Of a stretch of 64,000 nt of DNA, positions 37,787-46,048 are shown piece by piece. Source of the DNA: an uncultured Desulfobacteraceae bacterium. Lineage in GTDB: Bacteria > Desulfobacterota > DSM-4660 > Desulfatiglandales > Desulfatiglandaceae. The notes beneath the pieces were generated by a model. It was not told the origin of the DNA, searched no databases, and saw nothing but the letters and a program-made list of their open reading frames with translations. Where the stretch lies: contig CAYOWC010000003.1 of NCBI GenBank assembly GCA_964407525.1, positions 1,588-65,587 on the forward strand, given 5' to 3'. The stretch's first letter is position 1, and each line of letters opens with the position of its first letter. Both the position numbers and the translations under genes were made by a program.

Positions 37787-38885
37787 GATTTATTCGAATT
37801 GCTTCTAAATCCTCCGGGTCCTCCTTCAGGTAAAGAATAAGCAGAGAATCGAAAAGCTTTTTCAGTTCGTCAAGGTCAAAGGATTTAAGAAGGGACTGGA
37901 GGTTCTCAGCGTAGTCTACGGGAACCCTGTTGGTCTTGGCCATGCTGTTGAGGGCATCGAAAAATCCGGCTGTTATAGCGACTACTGAGAAATCATCTGC
38001 CCAGTATATCTCCCCCACCCCGTCCAGCCTGTCCAGGCGAATTCTGATCGTCAGATTCATGAAAAAGTAGATTATGGCGATGACAGGATTTACTGTTTCT
38101 GTTGAAAAAACCCCCATGAAAGATTCATATTTTCTTGCAGTCGTGAGTTTTACGTCTACCACGTTATTTGCGATCTTAACGATGAAGTCACCCGCTGCAT
38201 GATGCCAGGGATAAATCTGCCGGGTTGTTGCGGGCTCATAATAAAGAGTCAATATCCGTGAAATTTGTTTGAGTATGGAGAAGGATTGTTCCTGGGACGC
38301 AAATCGGTTTCCATGGAGTGAATCCCATATGCAGATCTTATGCGTTCCGTCGTCCGAGTCCCTTGCAAAATGCCATTCATGATAGTCTTCGAACCATTCG
38401 GACAGTATCATGGACAGGGTTTCCTTCGAATTCCCGGAATTGCAGTGTACTTCCCCTGAAAAATAGGGCCTGGGTAGATAGGGGAGTTGGAGATGACGAT
38501 ACAGCAGATTAAGCACATCGAACTCGTGGTTCAGCCATTCTTTCCCTTTCTTGGAGATGGCGGTACTTACAGAAAATTTTACCGGTGATCCTTGCGATAA
38601 AATCTCCACGCTGATCAGGTGGTACAACACGCCGTGCTTCTCGCTGCGGATTCTTACCTTTCTGATATCTTCAGAACGGATTGGCAGATCAAAATTTTTC
38701 TTGAGAACATTTTCCAAGGGCTTGCCCTGATCTTTGAAAATAAAGGCTTTGACCGCATCAAAATAGTCTTTCAGGGTCAGGGACGGATGGTTTTGGTTTG
38801 GGGTGATTTTGAAGGGAAGGGCAAGTTCAGCCTGTCCAACGGGAAGATCCCCTTCAGATGTGGAGAACAGATATTCTACAAGCAT
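37734..38885 (-). CDS. Hypothetical protein (383 aa), no family recognised
   Basis: It is a long ORF and the last gene of the minus-strand operon that starts at 40546. Its 3' end overlaps the convergent YkgJ gene by 53 nt. Confidence 0.6.
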   Translation of the reverse strand: MLVEYLFSTSEGDLPVGQAELALPFKITPNQNHPSLTLKDYFDAVKAFIFKDQGKPLENVLKKNFDLPIRSEDIRKVRIRSEKHGVLYHLISVEILSQGSPVKFSVSTAISKKGKEWLNHEFDVLNLLYRHLQLPYLPRPYFSGEVHCNSGNSKETLSMILSEWFEDYHEWHFARDSDDGTHKICIWDSLHGNRFASQEQSFSILKQISRILTLYYEPATTRQIYPWHHAAGDFIVKIANNVVDVKLTTARKYESFMGVFSTETVNPVIAIIYFFMNLTIRIRLDRLDGVGEIYWADDFSVVAITAGFFDALNSMAKTNRVPVDYAENLQSLLKSFDLDELKKLFDSLLILYLKEDPEDLEAIRINLKTHLTLLHQTLQEVSL

Positions 38886-38908
38886 GATGGTCTTATAAGG
38901 GATATGGG

Positions 38909-40018
38909 TTACTTCTTTTCCATGAATGTTTTTAAAGCGTTCGATGCAATCTCAGCTACGGATATTTTTTCCATCTGCCCATTTTCGTATAATTCTATTT
39001 CATGGGGTTCATCCAGCAGTTTCGCGATATCTTGCTTTGCTTCATAGGCGCCGAGATTGCATAGGAGCAAGGCTGTGTATCCACGCACCTGGGGATCGGG
39101 GTCTTCGAGGAAAGAGAAGAAATGAAAGGTATGTTTCCGGAGAATTTCAGGACTTGATTCTGCAATTCTTCCAAGGGCTTCCAGAACCTGTGCCCTTCTG
39201 GAATCATCCCCTAAGAACTGGTAGAGCTGGGGAGTGTACCCACCGAAAAGATCAGGCCTGTGGGCGATAATTTGTCCAATGCTTTCAAGTGCCCCCATGG
39301 GATATGCTGCGGTGTCCGTGAGTGAATAAAACAGGCCCTGAAGAAGCTTGGAAATAACCCCCGGATCTTTTTTCCCAACGACGGCGCATGCCCGGCCCAG
39401 GATTTCTGCTGCCCTGTTTTTGGCCTGGGGGTCTCCTGAATAGATGAGGCGCTGGAGATATCGGATTATCTTCTTATCCTGCCTTGCAGCGTCCAGAATG
39501 GGCTCAAGTTGATACTCCTTGACCAGCTGCTCCACCTGCTTTTTTGTCAAGGTCTTTTGCCGTTTTTGCCTCGGTGAGGATGCAGAGGAAGTGTCCTGGG
39601 CCTCTTTCAGCCTTTGTTTTACGCCATCGGAGGTTACTTCCTGAATATCTTTATGCATTCTAATGAAGTAGAGTGCTCCTCCTATCCTTCTGCCCTCAAA
39701 GGTGCCACTTGGAATAATAAGGTGGCTCTGGAGATCATAGTTCTCCACAATCTCAGTGAGGTAGTCTTCTTCCGGCAGCAATCCCCACGCCAGATCCCAA
39801 TCCATATTGCTTGCGAAAACCAACGCCTCGATCATGGCGGAACCCAGATTATGACCCGTTTCATCACAGGCGTAAACTGCCCCGCACGGGCATGCCCCGA
39901 TCGGCATTTCGCTGGGCCTTCTTGTGGTCAATTCTTTGGGTCTTTCAAGAAGCTGCCCACAGAACGGGCAAGTCGCTTTCTTTACCGGATCTTTTCCGAA
40001 AAATTTGCTTTCAAACAT
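38909..40018 (-). CDS. Protein with an N-terminal Cys-rich zinc-finger-like module and C-terminal HEAT/armadillo-like repeats
   Basis: CPFCGQ...ACPCGAVYAC lies at the N-terminus. HEAT-like helical repeats follow (DPQAKNRAAEILGR..., DPDPQVRGYTALLLCNLG...). Confidence 0.7.
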   Translation of the reverse strand: MFESKFFGKDPVKKATCPFCGQLLERPKELTTRRPSEMPIGACPCGAVYACDETGHNLGSAMIEALVFASNMDWDLAWGLLPEEDYLTEIVENYDLQSHLIIPSGTFEGRRIGGALYFIRMHKDIQEVTSDGVKQRLKEAQDTSSASSPRQKRQKTLTKKQVEQLVKEYQLEPILDAARQDKKIIRYLQRLIYSGDPQAKNRAAEILGRACAVVGKKDPGVISKLLQGLFYSLTDTAAYPMGALESIGQIIAHRPDLFGGYTPQLYQFLGDDSRRAQVLEALGRIAESSPEILRKHTFHFFSFLEDPDPQVRGYTALLLCNLGAYEAKQDIAKLLDEPHEIELYENGQMEKISVAEIASNALKTFMEKK

Positions 40019-40304
40019 TGTCGTCTATTTTTTGTATGAGCGGTTGTGCCGGCAGGGGAATGGTTCGAGAAGTCTCATCGTATTCAAAATCAACAATTTC
40101 AAACCCCGACCGGTTGGTTTTGAATTCTACGACCCAGTTCCTGTATTCTTTTCCGGCGAACGCGCAGTTTAAGTTACCGATTCTTGCATCCATTCTCATG
40201 AGCCGAGGGACCACATCTTCATCAAAGACCTGTAGAATATGCATTCTATCGTCTTCGGCGAGGTGGTATTTAGAGCCCATAGTCGAGGAAGATGGATGGC
40301 TCAT
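40011..40304 (-). CDS. Hypothetical protein (97 aa)
   Basis: The ATG at 40304 forms an ATGA overlap with the FmdB stop at 40301-40303. Its own stop overlaps the next gene's start by 8 nt. I recognise no family. Confidence 0.5.
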   Translation of the reverse strand: MSHPSSSTMGSKYHLAEDDRMHILQVFDEDVVPRLMRMDARIGNLNCAFAGKEYRNWVVEFKTNRSGFEIVDFEYDETSRTIPLPAQPLIQKIDDNV

Positions 40305-40546
40305 TTTGTGTGACCGGGAAGCTCGATGGACATGCATTGATTACCCGATCCACACGATTTGGTTGCGATTTTTGGTTGTTTTCCCCCGGCCCCCACGCTC
40401 ATGGAGTAATTGGTCTCGCTGAGTACCCTCTCCACGGTTTGCGAATTGCATTTCGGGCAGGACAGGTCAACTGTTTCTTCAGAATTCATAAAAAGTTTTT
40501 CAAATGGTTGCCCACACTCCACACATCGAAATTCATATATTGGCAT
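40301..40546 (-). CDS. FmdB-family (CxxC_CxxC_SSSS) zinc-ribbon protein (second copy)
   Basis: MPIYEFRCVECGQPFE...CPKCNS. Confidence 0.8.
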   Translation of the reverse strand: MPIYEFRCVECGQPFEKLFMNSEETVDLSCPKCNSQTVERVLSETNYSMSVGAGGKQPKIATKSCGSGNQCMSIELPGHTK

Positions 40547-40633
40547 TGTTTTTCACCCCCCAAATAAATATAATGGCGAATATAGTCACGTAAGCGAGCA
40601 AAGTCAAACCTCATAGGTAACATCGAATTAATT

Positions 40634-41491
40634 ATGATCCTGTCATTTCATCCTTGTATCGATGCCGATTTCCAGATTATTCTTGGCGACAGACATCTTA
40701 ATGTCAAAGACCTTAAAATGATTTCCTCTGCAGATGCTGTCATTCTGCATCAGGGGATGGTCGGCCCCATTTTTGAAGCCTGCTGTAGCGCAGGTGTTAA
40801 GACTTTTCCCGATTATAAAATGCGCTTCAAATATCCCGGGAAGATGGGGCAAAGCAGGCTTTTCGGGGATTTTGATCTTCCTCATCCGAAGACCTCTTGC
40901 TTGGAAACGGTTGCAGCGTACTTACAGGGCAATCCGGAAATAGACGTGCTTCTTCAACAAGGCCCTTTTGTTATGAAAGCCAATATGAGCCATGAGGGGG
41001 AAGGGGTGTTTCTGGTGAAGGACGAGGATTCATTTCATGAAGCGTTACGCCGGTTTACCCTCAAAGAACGGGCTGGAGTAAAAGGATTTGTTGTCCAGAA
41101 ATTCATTCCCTGTGGAGGAAATGTCCTCCGTTCGGTCATCATGGGGAAAGACATCATTTCGTACTGGAAACGGCCGGGCAGTCAAGGGCAGCAAATTACA
41201 ACCATAAGCAAGGGCGCTTTGATTGACAAAGCCTGGCAACCCGGGCTTCTCAAAATGGGGGAAAAATGTGGCCGTTTTTTGATGGAAAAAACAGGAATCA
41301 ATCTTGCCGCCGTTGACTTTTTGATTCCTTCGTCAGGCAGAGATCGCTCGCCCCTTTTTTTAGAGATCAATTATTATTTCGGGAGAAAGGGCCTTGGAGG
41401 TATGGAGAATTATTACCGCCTTCTTTTTCAGGCGGTCCAGGAATGGCTGATGGATTTGAATCTGGACCCTGATTCGGTGGAGCTCGTGTGA
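40634..41491 (+). CDS. ATP-grasp (RimK-like) ligase-family protein
   Basis: Its size and motifs fit the RimK/GshB-like ATP-grasp fold (PFVMKANMSHEGEGVFLV; FVVQKFIP; AAVDFLIP...LFLEINYY). Confidence 0.7.
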   Translation: MILSFHPCIDADFQIILGDRHLNVKDLKMISSADAVILHQGMVGPIFEACCSAGVKTFPDYKMRFKYPGKMGQSRLFGDFDLPHPKTSCLETVAAYLQGNPEIDVLLQQGPFVMKANMSHEGEGVFLVKDEDSFHEALRRFTLKERAGVKGFVVQKFIPCGGNVLRSVIMGKDIISYWKRPGSQGQQITTISKGALIDKAWQPGLLKMGEKCGRFLMEKTGINLAAVDFLIPSSGRDRSPLFLEINYYFGRKGLGGMENYYRLLFQAVQEWLMDLNLDPDSVELV

Positions 41492-41504
41492 AACGGAAAG
41501 CGAA

Positions 41505-41720
41505 TATCCAGGTAAGCGAAGACTCCGATATGGAACAAGGAATAACGAGGTAAGCGAAGGCTCCGATTTCGAAGGAAGGTGTTCCATCGACCTCTCTAAT
41601 TCTGAAAAATTCAGAGCGAACATCCACACTTCAATATTCTGCAGTTCTTGTCCATAGATCACGGCTTTAGCGTGATTCGATATTCTGCGGTTCGCTTTTT
41701 TCTGCCTCTGCGCGAGACCC
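41505..41720. repeat. Composite intergenic repeat block
   Basis: One direct repeat is ggtaagcgaag[a/g]ctccgat at 41511 and 41549. A second is tc[a/g]atattctgc[a/g]gttc at 41631 and 41677. There is a palindrome tctgaaaaattcaga at 41601-41615. CTCTGCGCGAGACC at 41706-41719 is the inverted copy of the 23270 motif. Confidence 0.5.
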
Positions 41721-41893
41721 CGGTGAAAAGTTTTTTTGTTGCACAGTTATGTCTCTTATGACATATTCGGATCCGAGAATGTTAAGGGTCTGCAATGGAG
41801 CCAGCCGGTTCCTTTTCAGCAAAGATGGGCTGGTTTATTGCTTGATGCTCATTTTTTGTGCTGCAATGATGTCAAAGAGGGTGGGGAGTTTGT

Positions 41894-43144
41894 GTGGAAG
41901 CATTTTTTGAATTGAAGAAGCCGGATGAGGTTTTTGAGCTTATTGACCGGCTTGAGCCCTTGGGGGAAGAAACGATTCCCCTGGAAAAATCCTTGGGGCG
42001 GGTATTGAGGAGAGACCTCGAAGCACCAGAAGATTTGCCTGGATTCCTCAGGTCTACCATGGATGGGTACGCTGTTCAGGCAAAGGATACTTTTGGAGCA
42101 AATGAGAGCCTCCCCGCATTGTTTGAACTGGCAGGCGAGGTTGCCATGGGGCGAAACGACCCCATATCCGTTGGCGAAGGAGAGGCCGTAAAAATTCCCA
42201 CGGGCGGTATGCTTCCAGAAGGGGCTGACGGGGTGGTTATGCTTGAATACACTACTCATCTGGACAGCAAAACCATTGAAATAAGCAGGGCCATTTCCCC
42301 TCTTGAGAACATCATTCAACCGGGGGATGATTTCAAGAAGGAGACGGTGTTTTTGAAAAAGGGACATCGTTTACGCCCGCAGGATCTTGGCGTTGCGGCA
42401 GGCTTGGGATTTCCCCATGTTCCGGTTTTTCGTATCCCCAAAGTGGCTATCATCTCGACCGGAGATGAGATCGTTCCCGTGGAAGAGGGGCCGCTTCCGG
42501 GGCAGGTCAGGGATATAAATCGATATACGCTGGGGGCCTTTTGCAGGGAGCTGGGTGCGGAACCGGTAACCATGGGAATCTGTCGGGATGATTTTCAATC
42601 GCTTAAGGACATGGTGGAAGAGGGCGCTTCCCTAGCAGATTCCGTCTGGATTTCCGGAGGAAGTTCCGTTGGGACGAGAGATTTGACGCTCAAGGTTTTT
42701 GAAACGCTTCCCGGTTTTGAGCTTCTTGTGCATGGCATTTCGATCAGTCCCGGAAAACCTACTATTTTGGGCCAATGTGGTGGAAAGACTCTCGTGGGGT
42801 TGCCGGGGCATGTGGCATCAGCGCTTGTGGTTGCACAGGTTTTTATGTCGAGGGTTATATTCAGATTACGCGGTGAAAATCATTCCTGGTCTGATTCTCT
42901 TTTTGAGGTGGAGGCCGAATTGAGCCAGAATGTGGAATCGGCCAATGGACGTGAAGATTATCTGCGTGTGCTTTTGGTTAGAGACAAAGAACGGATCATT
43001 GCGAAACCCGTTTTCGGGAAATCAGGGCTTATTTCCACGCTGGTTGATTCCGACGGCTTGGTTAAAATAGATATGAATACAGAAGGATTATACCAGGGAC
43101 AGATTGTGAAGGTAATGCTTTTCAGGCAGGGGGGGCTTTTATGA
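41894..43144 (+). CDS. moeA: Molybdopterin molybdenum/tungsten transferase MoeA
   Basis: MoeA N-, MoCF_biosynth- and C-domains are present (STMDGYAV; ISTGDEIV; SGGSSVGTRD; PGKPT). It uses a GTG start with a GGGGAG SD. Confidence 0.85.
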   Translation: MEAFFELKKPDEVFELIDRLEPLGEETIPLEKSLGRVLRRDLEAPEDLPGFLRSTMDGYAVQAKDTFGANESLPALFELAGEVAMGRNDPISVGEGEAVKIPTGGMLPEGADGVVMLEYTTHLDSKTIEISRAISPLENIIQPGDDFKKETVFLKKGHRLRPQDLGVAAGLGFPHVPVFRIPKVAIISTGDEIVPVEEGPLPGQVRDINRYTLGAFCRELGAEPVTMGICRDDFQSLKDMVEEGASLADSVWISGGSSVGTRDLTLKVFETLPGFELLVHGISISPGKPTILGQCGGKTLVGLPGHVASALVVAQVFMSRVIFRLRGENHSWSDSLFEVEAELSQNVESANGREDYLRVLLVRDKERIIAKPVFGKSGLISTLVDSDGLVKIDMNTEGLYQGQIVKVMLFRQGGLL

Positions 43145-45081
43145 AAAGGCAAGTCTACCTGTCTTTGAAATCCCTCGAAGAAGCAAAAAAAATCTTCTTT
43201 GCCCGTTTTCATTCCGGTATGAGAACCGGTGCTGAAATCATAAAGGCTCAGGATGCACAGGGCCGCGTTACAGCAGAAGCTGTTTTTGCAAAGAGGTCAG
43301 CGCCTGCCTATCATTCTTCCGCCATGGATGGTGTTGCCGTAAGGGCTGAGCAGACGTATGGAACAACGGAACGCAATGCAAAAATCCTCCAGTTGGGGGA
43401 AGATGCGTTATGGCTCAATACGGGGCAGCCTATCCCGGAATCTTTCGACGCCGTTATTATGGTAGAGAAGCTCCATCAAATTGACGATACGCATGTGGAA
43501 ATACGCTCTCCGGCGTATCCCTGGCAACATGTTCGCAAAGTTGGTGAGGACATTGTGGCAACGGAACTCCTGTTTCCCGTGAACCACAAAATTCGGCCTT
43601 ACGATATAGGGGCGCTCATCAGCGGAGGGGCTTCTGAATTACGAGTCTGGAAGAAGCCAAGAGTGGCTATTATTCCGACCGGGTCGGAACTTGTGAGTCA
43701 TGAGGATGCGGGGAGAAAGGGTGATCTTGTGCCGGGCCAGATTATTGAATACAACTCTCTTGTGATCGGGGCCCTGGTGCGGGAGTGTGCGGGGATCCCG
43801 ACTATATTTGATATTGTCCCTGATAATAAGGAAAGTATTCTCAAAGCTCTTCACGAAGCCTTTGATTCCGGCGCAGATATGATTATCGTAAATGCAGGAT
43901 CTTCCGCGGGAAGCAAAGACTATACGGTACATGTGGTCGGAGAAATGGGAGAAGTCCTGGTTCATGGTGTGGCCATTATGCCGGGGAAACCGACCTTGCT
44001 GGGGGTGGCGGACGGCAAACCGATTATTGGAAATCCCGGGTATGCAGTTTCCTCCACGATCTCTTTCGATCAATTTGTTCGGCCTCTCCTTTGCACTTTG
44101 CAGGGGCTTTCCTGCCCTGGGCCGGAGACTATTGAGGTGCAACCGACCAGGGATATTCCGTCTAAGGTTGGGACGGAAGAATTTTTGCGGGTAAATATAG
44201 GAAAGGTTGGTTCGAAACATGTGGCGACACCCCTGTCCCGAGCTGCCGGATCCGTTACCACCCTGACCAGGGCTGAAGGAATCATCCGCATACCTGCCAT
44301 GTCCGAAGGGCTGATTCAAGGGCAGAAAGTGGCAGCAGAACTCCTTGTGGAAGAGCAGGCTCTCCTCAATACGGTGGTAGTTATTGGAAGTCATGATATT
44401 ACCATTGATATCTTGGGGGATGAGATACGGGTCGGGGGGCGGAATATTCGAATTTCGTCAGGCAATGTGGGCAGTCTCGGAGGGCTTATGGCCTTGAGAA
44501 AAGGATCTTGTCATATGTCCGGGTCTCATCTCCTTGATGCGAAAACAGGTGAATATAATGTCTCCTTTATCAGGAAATACGTGAAAGGGATTGACGTAAG
44601 TGTCTTTCATCTCGTTTTGAGGGACCAGGGTTTGATTGTTCCCAAAGGGAATCCAAAGGGAATCAAAGGCATCGAAGACCTGTCGAGAGATGATGTCGTT
44701 TTTGTCAATCGCCAGGCAGGTTCCGGAACCAGGGTTCTGCTTGATTATAAGCTGGGGGAAATTGAGATGAGCCCGCAGCTGATCAGAGGATTCGCCCATG
44801 AGGAGTATACCCATATGAATGTTGCCGTGGCGGTCCTCAGTGGAGCTGCCGACTGCGGGATGGGTATTTTTGCGGCTGCAAGGGCACTTGATCTGGGCTT
44901 TGTTCCGATCGTGCAGGAACAATACGATCTGATTATGCCAAACCGGATGTTAGGTGACCACCGTATTCAGGGTGTGTTGGAGACCATTGGTTCAAAACGT
45001 TTCAGAGAGAGGGTCAAGTCTCTTGGTGGTTATGATCCTTCCAGGAGCGGCGAACTTTTTGTGGAAGTGAAGGGAGACTGA
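43141..45081 (+). CDS. MoeA paralog fused to a C-terminal periplasmic-binding-protein-like (molybdate/tungstate-binding-type) domain
   Basis: The N-terminal 400 aa are MoeA-like (SAMDGVAV; IPTGSELV; AGSSAGSKD; PGKPT). The C-terminal 230 aa resemble a PBP-type fold (VVIGSHD...NRQAGSGTR). Its start forms an ATGA overlap with moeA. Confidence 0.8.
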   Translation: MKRQVYLSLKSLEEAKKIFFARFHSGMRTGAEIIKAQDAQGRVTAEAVFAKRSAPAYHSSAMDGVAVRAEQTYGTTERNAKILQLGEDALWLNTGQPIPESFDAVIMVEKLHQIDDTHVEIRSPAYPWQHVRKVGEDIVATELLFPVNHKIRPYDIGALISGGASELRVWKKPRVAIIPTGSELVSHEDAGRKGDLVPGQIIEYNSLVIGALVRECAGIPTIFDIVPDNKESILKALHEAFDSGADMIIVNAGSSAGSKDYTVHVVGEMGEVLVHGVAIMPGKPTLLGVADGKPIIGNPGYAVSSTISFDQFVRPLLCTLQGLSCPGPETIEVQPTRDIPSKVGTEEFLRVNIGKVGSKHVATPLSRAAGSVTTLTRAEGIIRIPAMSEGLIQGQKVAAELLVEEQALLNTVVVIGSHDITIDILGDEIRVGGRNIRISSGNVGSLGGLMALRKGSCHMSGSHLLDAKTGEYNVSFIRKYVKGIDVSVFHLVLRDQGLIVPKGNPKGIKGIEDLSRDDVVFVNRQAGSGTRVLLDYKLGEIEMSPQLIRGFAHEEYTHMNVAVAVLSGAADCGMGIFAAARALDLGFVPIVQEQYDLIMPNRMLGDHRIQGVLETIGSKRFRERVKSLGGYDPSRSGELFVEVKGD

Positions 45082-45082
45082 T

Positions 45083-45436
45083 ATGGTGCAACTCAGGCTA
45101 TTGTCTCGGCAGTGGATCGTTGATGAGCACGGGAATATTATTATGGGTGAAGGTAGGAAGGAAATACTTGAAACTATTGATAAAACCGGCTCTATTAATA
45201 AGACAGCAAAGATTATGAAAATGTCTTACAAAGGCGTTTGGGGTAAAATAAAGGCAACGGAAAAATATCTCAAAGAGGATATTGTTCATGCCGACAGGAA
45301 GAGTGGAACCAGACTTTCAAAAACCGGAAGGGAACTTCTCAAGAAATACACGGTATTGAAGGATCGATGCGTAAGTGAGGACGATCGGTGTTTTGAAATT
45401 GTTTTCGGAAAAAACTACGGGCAGGAAGGAGATTAG
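45083..45436 (+). CDS. ModE N-terminal-like winged-helix (LysR-type HTH) protein
   Basis: GSINKTAKIMKMSYKGVWGKIKATE resembles the ModE HTH. I recognised no Mop/TOBE domain. Confidence 0.65.
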   Translation: MVQLRLLSRQWIVDEHGNIIMGEGRKEILETIDKTGSINKTAKIMKMSYKGVWGKIKATEKYLKEDIVHADRKSGTRLSKTGRELLKKYTVLKDRCVSEDDRCFEIVFGKNYGQEGD

Positions 45437-45440
45437 GGAA

Positions 45441-46010
45441 GTGACGATCTTGCCGGACTTGCCGATTGTATCTATTGTGGGGTTCTCAGGGAGCGGGAAA
45501 ACTACATTTATTGAAAAACTGATTCCACAACTTATCGCTCGCAATATCAGGGTTGGAACGTTAAAACATGATGTGCACGGGTTTGAAATGGACAAACCGG
45601 GCAAAGACAGCTGGAGGCACAAACGTGCTGGTGCTGCTGTTACAGTCATTTCGTCGCCCGGGCAGATCGGAATGGTCAAGGATGTGGACCATGATCATGA
45701 TCCGGACGAATTGAAGCCTCTTTTCAAAGATGTGCAGATAATCCTTGCAGAAGGATACAAGAGTCATAATAAACCCAAACTGGAAATTTTCAGACAGGAA
45801 ATTCGAGAAAAACCTTTCTGTGAGGGAGATGACGCCTTGATCGGTTTGATCAGCGATGTTTCTGTTGATTTGGGGGTTCCCCGATTTTTGCTTGATGATG
45901 TGGAAGGGGTTGCTGAATTTCTGATATCGTATTTTAAACTCCTGCCGGGATGTCGAAGAGATAATCGCTGCAAGACATTGACTCGCAAAGGTCTTAGGGA
46001 TGCTGTCTGA
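45441..46010 (+). CDS. mobB: Molybdopterin-guanine dinucleotide biosynthesis adapter protein MobB
   Basis: The GTG at 45441 follows AGGAAGGAG. The motifs VSIVGFSGSGKTTFIEKLI and GTLKHDVHGFEMDKPGKDSWRH are present. Confidence 0.8.
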   Translation: MTILPDLPIVSIVGFSGSGKTTFIEKLIPQLIARNIRVGTLKHDVHGFEMDKPGKDSWRHKRAGAAVTVISSPGQIGMVKDVDHDHDPDELKPLFKDVQIILAEGYKSHNKPKLEIFRQEIREKPFCEGDDALIGLISDVSVDLGVPRFLLDDVEGVAEFLISYFKLLPGCRRDNRCKTLTRKGLRDAV

Positions 46011-46048
46011 ATCGTAGGGTAGATACTCGTAAAAAGAAAGGAACTCCA

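Noticed and set aside
41511-41569. CRISPR-like direct repeats (two ~21-nt copies 38 nt apart).
   Set aside because: There are only two imperfect copies and no cas genes. The same motif occurs singly at other intergenic sites. I treat it as part of the dispersed repeat family.
41720-41893. Possible Moco riboswitch upstream of moeA.
   Set aside because: The spacer has some GC-rich pairing potential (ggagccagccgg... / ...gggctgg). By eye I could not match the conserved Moco-motif core or its multi-stem architecture. A covariance-model scan would be needed; a significant Moco RNA hit would overturn this rejection.
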